Of a DNA stretch of 39,956 nucleotides, positions 9,943 to 18,196 are shown one piece after another; the stretch's first letter is position 1; the number at the start of each line of letters is the position of its first letter. The translations under genes and the position numbers were made by a program. The notes beneath the pieces are model-generated. The model saw only the letters and a program-made list of their open reading frames with translations. It ran no database searches and had not been told where the DNA came from. Origin of the DNA: a virus. Its lineage: Duplodnaviria; Caudoviricetes. Location of the stretch: IMG/VR virus record IMGVR_UViG_3300032608_000514, positions 1-39,956 of that record; one strand, 5' to 3'.

Positions 9943-10374
9943 CTACCCCTCTATATCAGTTTTAATACCACCGCGAATAGCTACATCTAAAGTAACTTTG
10001 AGCTCTTTAGGTTCCACAGCATTCCTGAAATCCTGGCGTATCTTATCTAACAGTAGCTCATGTATGATAGGTAGGTTCCTATAAGCTAGAAAGTAATACC
10101 TTAAAGACTTTAGCTCAGGCACCTTGTTACCCGGCTCGTACTGTATGATGAGGGTATAAGTGTCAGGCAACGCTGTCATAGGACAGATAGCAGTAAGCTC
10201 ACTGAAGCTATAGCTTACAGTCTCACCTTCTCCGAGGTAAGGCAGCACAGCTATCTTAGGCATCTCAGCATCTCTCGCAGCGTAGAAGATTATCTCTAGC
10301 TGCTCCTTGCTCATATCCTCAATCTTACTTGCGAACTTATCCTTGTATTCCTGGTAGACTTCATCTGGGCTCAT
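9943..10374 (-). CDS. queF: NADPH-dependent preQ0 reductase, unimodular T-fold
   Basis: ELTAICPMTALPD (catalytic Cys and Asp), QueF motif ELKSLRYY, HE, RGGI. Confidence 0.88.
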   Translation of the reverse strand: MSPDEVYQEYKDKFASKIEDMSKEQLEIIFYAARDAEMPKIAVLPYLGEGETVSYSFSELTAICPMTALPDTYTLIIQYEPGNKVPELKSLRYYFLAYRNLPIIHELLLDKIRQDFRNAVEPKELKVTLDVAIRGGIKTDIEG

Positions 10375-10595
10375 TTCCTTCTCCTTGATTTTATTGCTTT
10401 TCTTAACCCGTATGTACCGATTATAATACCTACTGAATTGACAATAATCATTGCCGGTAGGATAAGCAGCAAGCTATAGCTGAGGAAGCATACTGCAGCC
10501 GCCAACAGGCATGCTTTGATAAGTATGAGGTCCTTAAATAGCATGCTGCCATATATGATTACCCCTGCTAATAGCCCGATACCTTCTATCCACAT
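10371..10595 (-). CDS. Three-TM YgjV/PQ-loop-like small membrane protein
   Basis: WIEGIGLLAG...FLSYSLL...IIVN pattern; three hydrophobic helices. Confidence 0.55.
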   Translation of the reverse strand: MWIEGIGLLAGVIIYGSMLFKDLILIKACLLAAAVCFLSYSLLLILPAMIIVNSVGIIIGTYGLRKAIKSRRRK

Positions 10596-10623
10596 GTTAT
10601 TACTCCTAGCCTAGCCTATAGCT

Positions 10624-11328
10624 TTACTTAACTTGGAACTCGACTTCTTTCACAGTTCGCTCGAATGATTTAGCCCAGTAGATGAAAGGCGTGTCAAACA
10701 CAGCTACGATGAACTTCATTAGGTAAGTTGTCAGCAGTATCTGGAGCCAAATCTCCATAGGGAATAAGCCGAGCAAGGCGATAGTAGCGAACACTGTGGT
10801 ATCTATAGCTTGTGATGTCATAGTTGAGCCACAGTTCCGCAACCATAGTAGCTTACCGCTTGTCTTACGTTTCAGCCAGTGGAAAGCAGTGATATCGAAG
10901 TGCTGCGAGAGTAGGTAAGCAATCAAGCTACCGGCAGCTATGCGTGGCATCATTCCAAAGATGGTTTCAAGTGAGCCCTGTGCAAAGTCTGAAGCGTGAG
11001 GCACAAACCTAATTGCCAGCTGTCCCCATACCGTTACCATTATCATAGCGCAGAAGCCAACCCATACCGCTTTCCTAGCTGCTTTCTTGCCGTAGACCTC
11101 AGACAGTACATCAGTTGCAAAGAAGATGCTGGCATACAATATATTACCTAGCGTAGTTACCAGCGCGAATATCTCCACTGTCTTGAGTACTAGGATATTG
11201 CACAGGATGATTGAGGCTACGATGGTGGCGTACAGCCCTGCTTTACCCCACAGCTTGTACATCAAGACCGCCATGCACAGGTCTACAAACAAGAACAAGA
11301 ACCAGTACCAAATGTTTATTACTTCCAA
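10624..11328 (-). CDS. yhhQ: Queuosine precursor (preQ0/preQ1) transporter, YhhQ/Vut_1 family
   Basis: CNILVLK, TLGNILYASIFFATDVLSEVYGKK, PRIAAGSLIAYLLSQHFD, LWLRNCGSTMTSQAIDT, DTPFIY. Confidence 0.93.
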   Translation of the reverse strand: MEVINIWYWFLFLFVDLCMAVLMYKLWGKAGLYATIVASIILCNILVLKTVEIFALVTTLGNILYASIFFATDVLSEVYGKKAARKAVWVGFCAMIMVTVWGQLAIRFVPHASDFAQGSLETIFGMMPRIAAGSLIAYLLSQHFDITAFHWLKRKTSGKLLWLRNCGSTMTSQAIDTTVFATIALLGLFPMEIWLQILLTTYLMKFIVAVFDTPFIYWAKSFERTVKEVEFQVK

Positions 11329-11333
11329 ATTAT

Positions 11334-11394
11334 CTCCTCCTTTTCGCCGGGTTTGGAGAACCGGCTCTTTTTTATTGCTGGGTTGAGTACCAGC
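11334..11394 (-). promoter_or_regulatory. preQ1-I-like riboswitch, probably two tandem aptamers
   Basis: GCUGG-UACUCAAC-CCAGC-AAUAAAAAAGAG, then GCCGG-UUCUCCAAAC-CCGGC-GAAAAGGAGGAG directly before the yhhQ start. Confidence 0.72.
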
Positions 11395-11420
11395 TAAAAG
11401 CCATTTAAGGCTAGGCTAGG

Positions 11421-12209
11421 CTAAAATAACCTCCCTTGGTTACCTGTGTTTTCCTCACTCACCTTTTTTATATTCTTGAGCCACTCTAGCTTCTCATAAT
11501 CTATAATCGCTCTAGCATTGAACAAGCACAGCTCTTTCCACTCTGTGAATAGTTCCCAACCAGATACTCGGCTGAAGTCAGCAACAGCAGGTAGCCCATC
11601 TTTATAGCCAGCTACTCTGCCGTGTATTGCGTTTTGAACCCACGTCAGCGAGTCCATTGAGTAAGGCTGATGAGTGTAGAAAGCTCCCATAGCAGTGGCG
11701 CCGAACAGGTGAAACTTATTGTCAGGATACTTCTCAGCAGTGTAGTCCCAAAACTTCTTCAGCTTGCCAGTAGTTATCCTGCCGATAGCTAAGCCGCCCA
11801 AGCCAACGTATTCATACTTGCTGCAGTAGTAGTCAAGGACACTTTCAGGTTCACCGTAGTGGTAAACCGGTAAAGGTTTTAAGCCATCAGCTTCCATTGA
11901 CTGCTGGTTCTCCAAGGTCTGCTTGGGGTCATGCAAGTCATCGAAGTTGACATAGGTCACTACCATTGGGTACTTGTCCAAGTGTATCTGTAGCCAAAGC
12001 TTGTAAGCCCCAAAAGTAGTCCTCATATAGCCCTTCTCTGTAGCTGCTGAATAGGCACCGCTATCAAGCATCATCTCTGGTAGCAATAGGGGTGCTTTTT
12101 CCTTCGCAGCTACATCAGCAAAGCTGTAGAGTGCTCGTACTGCACCGGCTTGCTTCAGTACCTCGCATCCTCTTTCGCCTAGACCGCCGATAGCTAAGTA
12201 AATCTTCAT
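11421..12209 (-). CDS. dpdA: TGT-like 7-deazaguanine DNA transglycosylase (phage DpdA-like)
   Basis: MLDSGAYSA, NFDD, LPVYH.GE, VGLGGL, HLFG, SMDSLTW; adjacent to yhhQ and queF. Confidence 0.8.
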   Translation of the reverse strand: MKIYLAIGGLGERGCEVLKQAGAVRALYSFADVAAKEKAPLLLPEMMLDSGAYSAATEKGYMRTTFGAYKLWLQIHLDKYPMVVTYVNFDDLHDPKQTLENQQSMEADGLKPLPVYHYGEPESVLDYYCSKYEYVGLGGLAIGRITTGKLKKFWDYTAEKYPDNKFHLFGATAMGAFYTHQPYSMDSLTWVQNAIHGRVAGYKDGLPAVADFSRVSGWELFTEWKELCLFNARAIIDYEKLEWLKNIKKVSEENTGNQGRLF

Positions 12210-13297
12210 AACCCTGCTTCTTTCATAGTCTCTTCTAGTTTTTTAGTGAGTGAATATACATTAGTATTAGATTCCGTGTGTTCTTTAAGGATTTCCAGTG
12301 CTTCAAGGTCAGCGCTGGTATTGAGAGCAACATGCCGAGGTAACCTCAGCTTGGACATTAACTGCCCTGTGCTCAAACTGCCATTTTCCCTAATCACCAT
12401 GATGATATCTAGCTTGGTTTTAGGGATAGTATCTCTAGCTATTCTCATTATGTGTTCATAAGTATATGTCCCAAGAACGTAGAGAGATTGTGCTAAGCGA
12501 CTAAACTGCAGAGCTAACCTAGTACCTACTTCCGGCTCTGGCTTGGTAGTTATCTCATTCCTGAAGTTTCTGGGTACGCCAGTCCTAGCGAGAGCAGTAA
12601 AGTTGGCTAGAGCAATCAGCTTATTGATAGTCTCGCTCTTCAATACCGGTATTTCCTTGGTTTTGAACTTGTAGAAGTCGAGCGCAATCCTGAGTATCTC
12701 ACCAATTTCCATCCTCATCTGCAGTTCTTTGTTTAGATGCTTTAATGCTCCTCTAGTAGCTAGCATGCGGTCGTACTGTGTCCTAATCCTGATGAAGCGT
12801 TCTCCTAGCAGTGAATGCACGGCAGTAAAATTGTCTATGATTGGAGTAACTGCAGCTAGTATTCCGAAGGTTGCGTACCGAGACTGCTTCTTAACACCAG
12901 AGCCAAAAGCACCTTCAAGTGAGCCATCATAAGCCGCTCTTAACCTGCCAAAAGTTTCATCTCTGACTCGTTGTGGCTTTGTGAGCATGGATGTAAAATC
13001 CTTTATGACTAATAGCTTTCCGTCAAGGTCGCTGAGAATGTCTACCTGTTCTCCTGCTTTACTTTTGAAGCCACTTAATAGAGCTTGCGGTGTTAAAGTG
13101 TCAAGAGAATAAACGTGAGGACCATTGAAGCCCCGGCACAGCTCAGTCTTAGTACCACCAGGTGGGGCGACTACAAACATCCAGAGTGGGTCACCTGGCA
13201 TTAGAGCAGATATGGCAGTAGCCAAGATGCAGTCTACTCCTTGCTCATCGCTGAAATACAACCACTTGTGAAGAACATCAAAAATCTGCTCTCGCAC
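12206..13297 (-). CDS. MCM-like AAA+ helicase with C-terminal wHTH
   Basis: APPGGTKTE, TPQALLSG, DGKLLVIKDF, LRAAYDG, GERF, TRLALQ. Confidence 0.7.
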   Translation of the reverse strand: MREQIFDVLHKWLYFSDEQGVDCILATAISALMPGDPLWMFVVAPPGGTKTELCRGFNGPHVYSLDTLTPQALLSGFKSKAGEQVDILSDLDGKLLVIKDFTSMLTKPQRVRDETFGRLRAAYDGSLEGAFGSGVKKQSRYATFGILAAVTPIIDNFTAVHSLLGERFIRIRTQYDRMLATRGALKHLNKELQMRMEIGEILRIALDFYKFKTKEIPVLKSETINKLIALANFTALARTGVPRNFRNEITTKPEPEVGTRLALQFSRLAQSLYVLGTYTYEHIMRIARDTIPKTKLDIIMVIRENGSLSTGQLMSKLRLPRHVALNTSADLEALEILKEHTESNTNVYSLTKKLEETMKEAGL

Positions 13298-13309
13298 CTA
13301 AGACCTCTC

Positions 13310-13636
13310 TTAAGTTAATCCTTTTAGAATAGCATAGCGTTTTCGCCAGAAATCTTTTGGCTTGCGTAGATGACATTTACGGCACAGGAACATTAGATTA
13401 TCATCACAGTTGTTTGAGCGGTCACCATCTATATGGTATTTATGAAAGTACCTATTCCACTTGTTTGCAATAGTATAGATTTGGTGGTCAGCATAGAGGG
13501 GAATTAAATCATCAAACCCAAAGCTGGAGACGCCGCATGCTTCGCACTTGCCTCTAGCTCTATCCCAGATTTGCCATCTTTGCCCACCGGCGGGGGTTCT
13601 TACTTCAACTGTCAGACCTGGAATTTCAAATTTCAT
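13310..13636 (-). CDS. HNH endonuclease-like protein
   Basis: CEACG...YHIDGDRSNN..DNLMFLCRKCH. Confidence 0.8.
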   Translation of the reverse strand: MKFEIPGLTVEVRTPAGGQRWQIWDRARGKCEACGVSSFGFDDLIPLYADHQIYTIANKWNRYFHKYHIDGDRSNNCDDNLMFLCRKCHLRKPKDFWRKRYAILKGLT

Positions 13637-13793
13637 CTTGTTAAAGTCGCTTAACTATATTTATATATTATAATTTTTTTTACTGTTGAGTAGTTAGTTT
13701 ACTTTAACAGTATAAAGAGCAAAAGTAGGTTTGTAAAGAAAAAAGTTTATATATCTTTATACATCTTTGAAAACTGAGCAAAAATAGTTGAGA

Positions 13794-14402
13794 TTAGCCG
13801 AATATCTCTTTAGCTTCCTGCATAGCTTTAGGTTTCACTTGAAACATCTTAACATAAGTTTTTGCCATATTGATATCTGCCCAGCCCATATAATATGTGA
13901 GAGAAAGTTCATTCATACCTCCAGCAACTAACATAGAAGCGCAAGTTGCCCTCATACAATGCGGAAATCCTGTTTTACCGGCAGGAGCAGGAAACTTGAC
14001 ATTGGCTCTCTTTAAGATAGTTTTTACCCTGTACCAGACACCTATTCGAGATAAGTTCAAGCCGTAGGGCTGCATTCTGAGTAGCTCGCTGAGGTCTTTG
14101 CGTAGCCTTTCTGGTATATGCACTGTTCTCGCTCCAGCTTTCGTCTTTGGTCTCCACTCGCCTCCCCTGTTCCTAGCACACTCAGCACAGTTGCACTTCT
14201 GAGCAGTTGGAATACGCAGTTCGCCTTCAGCAGTTATCCAAGTGCTGTTCATATGGCATAGCTCTGAAACTCGCAAGCCTAAGAACATTAGGCACTTGAT
14301 GATAATACGGTCAGTTAAGTCAAGGCATGCTTTCAGCGCAGCTTCAGCTTGGTGTTCGGATAGCGCATAGTCAGCAGAATCTCCTCTACGATACTTCTTC
14401 AA
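13794..14402 (-). CDS. Tyrosine recombinase, catalytic domain only, with a Cys-rich insert
   Basis: GLRVSEL (R), KTK (K), HCMR (HxxR), MGW, KTY (Y). Probable TTG start at 14402 overlaps the methylase stop. Confidence 0.88.
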   Translation of the reverse strand: MKKYRRGDSADYALSEHQAEAALKACLDLTDRIIIKCLMFLGLRVSELCHMNSTWITAEGELRIPTAQKCNCAECARNRGGEWRPKTKAGARTVHIPERLRKDLSELLRMQPYGLNLSRIGVWYRVKTILKRANVKFPAPAGKTGFPHCMRATCASMLVAGGMNELSLTYYMGWADINMAKTYVKMFQVKPKAMQEAKEIFG

Positions 14403-15076
14403 ATGTTTAGCTCCATAACAGATTGTCGGCAACGGTTTGCCGCAATCTCACAATACTTTCCCTCTATCTCTATGCCTATACACTTGCGGTTGAGTTTCTT
14501 GGCGCAGTAGGCGGTTGTTCCTGAGCCGAGGAAGGGGTCTAGGATTAACTGCTCATAGTCGGTTGACTTCATTATAAGATAGGATATAAGTGTTTCGGGT
14601 TTTTCGGTAGGATGAACCAGCACGGTTGGGTGGACTCGAGGGATTGATATTAAATTAGAGTCTCGAGCACCTCGCAATTTGGCATATTTCCGCTTACTAT
14701 AAAGGATATATTCGCACCTTGTACCGTAATCATCCAAATCCCCACCTGCAGTAGCCCCTTTATCCCAAACTAACATTCGGATAGTATTAAAACCTGCTTC
14801 TCTAATTGCCAATTTCGCCACATCCAAAGAAGCCTCATTACAGAAAATATATAAACTACCATCTACGTCAAGTAATTTATCACCAAGCCAATTACGAGGG
14901 AATGATTCATCGCCTTTCATATATTCAAACTTCTCTCTGCGATGGTTACTGCGATAATTAATCCCATACGGCGGGTCAGTCAGCACCAAATCCACTTTCG
15001 GCAATTCAGGCAATATCTCCCTGCAATCTCCGTGATATATCGTTACATAGTCGTCTTGATAATAAGGTTCAGTCAT
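14399..15076 (-). CDS. Beta-class N6A/N4C DNA methyltransferase
   Basis: TDPPY precedes HPTEKP and LDPFLGSGTT, GIEIE. Confidence 0.93.
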   Translation of the reverse strand: MTEPYYQDDYVTIYHGDCREILPELPKVDLVLTDPPYGINYRSNHRREKFEYMKGDESFPRNWLGDKLLDVDGSLYIFCNEASLDVAKLAIREAGFNTIRMLVWDKGATAGGDLDDYGTRCEYILYSKRKYAKLRGARDSNLISIPRVHPTVLVHPTEKPETLISYLIMKSTDYEQLILDPFLGSGTTAYCAKKLNRKCIGIEIEGKYCEIAANRCRQSVMELNI

Positions 15077-15802
15077 TGCTTTACCTCTTCAACTTTATCC
15101 TTCCCTTCCTTTGGTTCTTCTTTAACAGGTTTCTCAACAGGTTGCTCTTCTACACTCCCACCCTTAGGTGCTTCCGACTTCTGCCCTGCGGTAGTTATAT
15201 GCTCCCTAGCCCCTCCAAGCTTCAGCGTAACTATCTCAGCTGTTTCATCATCAAGGTTAAAGTGCAAGCAGTGGTATGGTGGTAAAGTGAGAATACAGTA
15301 GCCGGTCTTGTTGTACTTTGGTGAAGGATAAGGGAAAACGAACTCAGCACCAATCATATCGGCTATGTAATCCCGGCTCTTGAGCCCGCACCTAAAAAAG
15401 AAGCAGTGCTGGGCTAAATCAAAGAAGCGCTTGTTGATATCCTGTACCCTACGAGTGGTTGCCCATACGCCTATCCCCCAGTTCCTACCCATGCGGATTA
15501 AGCCGCTAGTGTAAGGCAGCATAGCTCTACCTTGTGCAAGGTATTGTTCGGCTTCTTCTACGATTAGCGTTACGTTGCTACGAGCGAATAAGCTCTTGCA
15601 GATATCTTCCAGCTCATTAGGAGTTTCACGCTGCGGTATGTACCGGCATTCATCTGGAAACATGGAGTATTGGTCGAGTTCAGAGAGGGTCGATAATCAA
15701 TATATCCGGCTCTGCAAGGCTAGCTAGGTACCTTAGGAAAAAAGTTTTACCAGTTCCGGGAAGTCCCGCAACGCATATCCTATCGGTGCTTTTGATTTCC
15801 AC
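15073..15802 (-). CDS. FtsK/HerA (A32-like) genome-packaging ATPase, interrupted by a frameshift near 15680
   Basis: 15680-15802 encodes MEIKSTDRICVAGLPGTGKTFFLRYLASLAEPDILIIDPL* (Walker A). The +1 frame continues DQYSMFPDE...LIVEEAE (Walker B)...RMGRNWG...ATTRR. Confidence 0.85.
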
Positions 15803-16472
15803 CCTCTCATCACCCCCTTTGTGCCTATAGTTTTGCTTTGGCTATTCCTCAGCAGTAGGCTCAACTACTAATCTCCTCTATAATCGGTATAGTTGCTACA
15901 CATTTCTTCTGCAATGAGGACATTTTATACCAGTCTCATAATATACGCAGGAAGATATGTTAGCACCTTCAAAAGCAATAAAAACACCCTTTTCGCACTT
16001 ACAGCCACCCTCGTAATGCTTACAGTCTGAACAGATAAAAAGGTAAGTTCCATTAAATGTCGGCTGTGATTGTTTCTCTATTTCTTGCCCAATACTATTG
16101 CTCATCTATTCCTCCACCAATGGTTCAGTATTTGGATATCTTCAAGGGTCACCTTAAACCTCCTTCTATTACTACCATATTGAGGAAATACCCCAAACAA
16201 TGAGTGTAATAGCAACACCCGCAAGAGCTATTGCTATAAGTATTAACCCTATGCCCTTAAATATTGAGTTCATTTGTTACCTCTTATCATTCTAATCCAC
16301 TCTCCTACTGTATGCCAAGGGATAATTACCCTGATAATAGTGCCTATCTGACGACCACCAAAAGCAAAAAGACCCAATAAATGTAATGGGAAAGAGGAGC
16401 ACCATAAAGGGTCGCAGGATTACTACATCACGCCAAGTTGAAAGCCAATTAAGCCAAAAATGTTTCCACCAC

Positions 16473-16817
16473 TTACTCATTAGTTTCCTCTGTAGTAGGC
16501 TCAACAGTTACTTCAACTTCAGCAACCGGCTTAGCTTTCTTCTTTGCCTTCTTTGGCTTAATTTGCAAAGCTACAGATTCCTCTGCTAGCTTGACAACTG
16601 GCTCCTCTTTGAGTGGCTCTTCGATACCCAGCACTTCCCTTAACTTCTTCTCAATCTCTGCTATTGCTTCCTCGCTGTTATCAATCGTGCTGAGTATCAG
16701 TGGCACTTGCCCTTTGATGCCGAACCAAACAGCTTTCATAAATGGGTCATGTCCACCCCCACCGTATTTCTCAATGAGTTCGTGAAGGCCTTGGACTACA
16801 CGATGTTTATAAGCCAT
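16473..16817 (-). CDS. Hypothetical protein
   Basis: RBS present; coupled to the upstream gene. Confidence 0.65.
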   Translation of the reverse strand: MAYKHRVVQGLHELIEKYGGGGHDPFMKAVWFGIKGQVPLILSTIDNSEEAIAEIEKKLREVLGIEEPLKEEPVVKLAEESVALQIKPKKAKKKAKPVAEVEVTVEPTTEETNE

Positions 16818-17284
16818 TACTCTTCCTCCTTCGCTTCTACAGTTTCCTGACCAATAGCTCCAGCACCAAGTATCTTTGGCTTACCTGATTTTACCCAGGC
16901 GAAGTAACCCAAGCTCTTGCCTCCTACCATAGCTGTAGTCCCAATAGACGCTTGTAGCAGTGGGTTCATTTCCACTCCACATTGAACCCAAAGTTCTGCT
17001 AAATCGTTAAGCTCCATCTCGGTAAAAGTGAAGCCAGGGTAGCCGGTAAGCTCTGTCCCAATCCTCCCGAATATAGAGAAGGGTAGGCGAATTACGGCCG
17101 GATGCAAGGGTACCTTGCCCGCCCTCATTACTCTTTCTTCTGCTCTAAGCTCTCCTTCTCGAGATGGTAGTGGCTGAGCTAGGTCTTCCTCTGCTTCTCT
17201 GCCTTCAAATGGTGGTTTTACTTGAGCTTCGGGTTTTACGAACCTAATTCCTCCTCCGCTTGTCGGTTCTTTCTTTACTTCCAC
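16817..17284 (-). CDS. Hypothetical protein, possibly membrane-associated
   Basis: RBS; moderately hydrophobic C-terminal segment; upstream of the ATPase. Confidence 0.6.
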   Translation of the reverse strand: MEVKKEPTSGGGIRFVKPEAQVKPPFEGREAEEDLAQPLPSREGELRAEERVMRAGKVPLHPAVIRLPFSIFGRIGTELTGYPGFTFTEMELNDLAELWVQCGVEMNPLLQASIGTTAMVGGKSLGYFAWVKSGKPKILGAGAIGQETVEAKEEE

Positions 17285-18006
17285 TATGTCCTCCTAGTAA
17301 AATGTTTTACCTTTTTTAATAACCTATTGGTATTTGCTAGCTCATCTTCCCAGATAATAAGAGTTGAGAAGCCATAAGCAGCAAAGTGATTAATTCTTAT
17401 AGCCACATCAGACTCAGGATGCCAGTATCTTCCAAACAGCTCAATCAGACTTTTCTGGCCATCAGTGTTAAGAAAATCAGGGCACTTGCCACCTAGAATA
17501 AATTCACCATCGCCAACGTACTTGAAGGGCAGACTATTGGCTTGAAAGAAGTCGATGAGGAATTGCTCAGCTTTGTTGGGTCGTACCTGTGAAGCTTTAA
17601 GAGTTGCTTTAATTACTCCTGCTCTATACTCAGGGTCTTGCCAATGTCTTTTGGTAGCTTCCCCTATTCTATTTCTGCTTTCTTGAGATAATGGAGCTTG
17701 CTTTGCCCTAGCTTCCCTAATCTTCTTTTTAGTTTCCTTTGAAACAGGCTTACCAAAAAGAGGATGATTTTCGCCAGATATAGCTTCACTGATATGCTTT
17801 TTATGCTCTTCTGTTCTTGGATAGATTCCTCTGCCATCCTTTTTAGCAATCTCGCTCATTTTAGCTTTAGTTTCTTCAGACACTGGATGGCCTATACGTG
17901 CTTCACACATTCTTTTCCTAAATTCAGGGTCTTTCCACTTTTTCTTAAGTGCTTCGCTATCTTGTTGCCGTTCTTCAGCACTTAGAACTTGGCCTTTCCT
18001 TGCCAT
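17284..18006 (-). CDS. NUMOD3-repeat plus Vsr/DUF559-like endonuclease (homing endonuclease-like)
   Basis: SEETKAKMS, TEEHKKHIS and SKETKKKI repeats; PNKAE, CPDF, IELFGRYWH, LIIWEDEL. Confidence 0.82.
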   Translation of the reverse strand: MARKGQVLSAEERQQDSEALKKKWKDPEFRKRMCEARIGHPVSEETKAKMSEIAKKDGRGIYPRTEEHKKHISEAISGENHPLFGKPVSKETKKKIREARAKQAPLSQESRNRIGEATKRHWQDPEYRAGVIKATLKASQVRPNKAEQFLIDFFQANSLPFKYVGDGEFILGGKCPDFLNTDGQKSLIELFGRYWHPESDVAIRINHFAAYGFSTLIIWEDELANTNRLLKKVKHFTRRT

Positions 18007-18196
18007 TACTTTTTACCTCCAAGTGCAAGTATTTCAGTGCTTATCTCTCGGTTAATCTCAGCTATCTGTTGCAGTGCTGTCTTAGCACTATGACGTGCCC
18101 CACCAGCAATTATATACCTCGTTGTTAAGTGCCATTTACAATCTTGAGGAAAACGGCTCATACTATGTCGTCCACCACATATAGGACACTTAACCT

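Larger units (their letters stand above)
10605..11420. repeat. 13-bp perfect inverted repeat enclosing the riboswitch and yhhQ
   Basis: CCTAGCCTAGCCT at 10605-10617 and AGGCTAGGCTAGG at 11408-11420. Confidence 0.8.

Noticed and set aside
11421-12209. Host-type tRNA-guanine transglycosylase (tgt)
   Set aside because: Too short and lacks the C-terminal CxCxxC zinc site; the pattern fits phage DpdA-like proteins.
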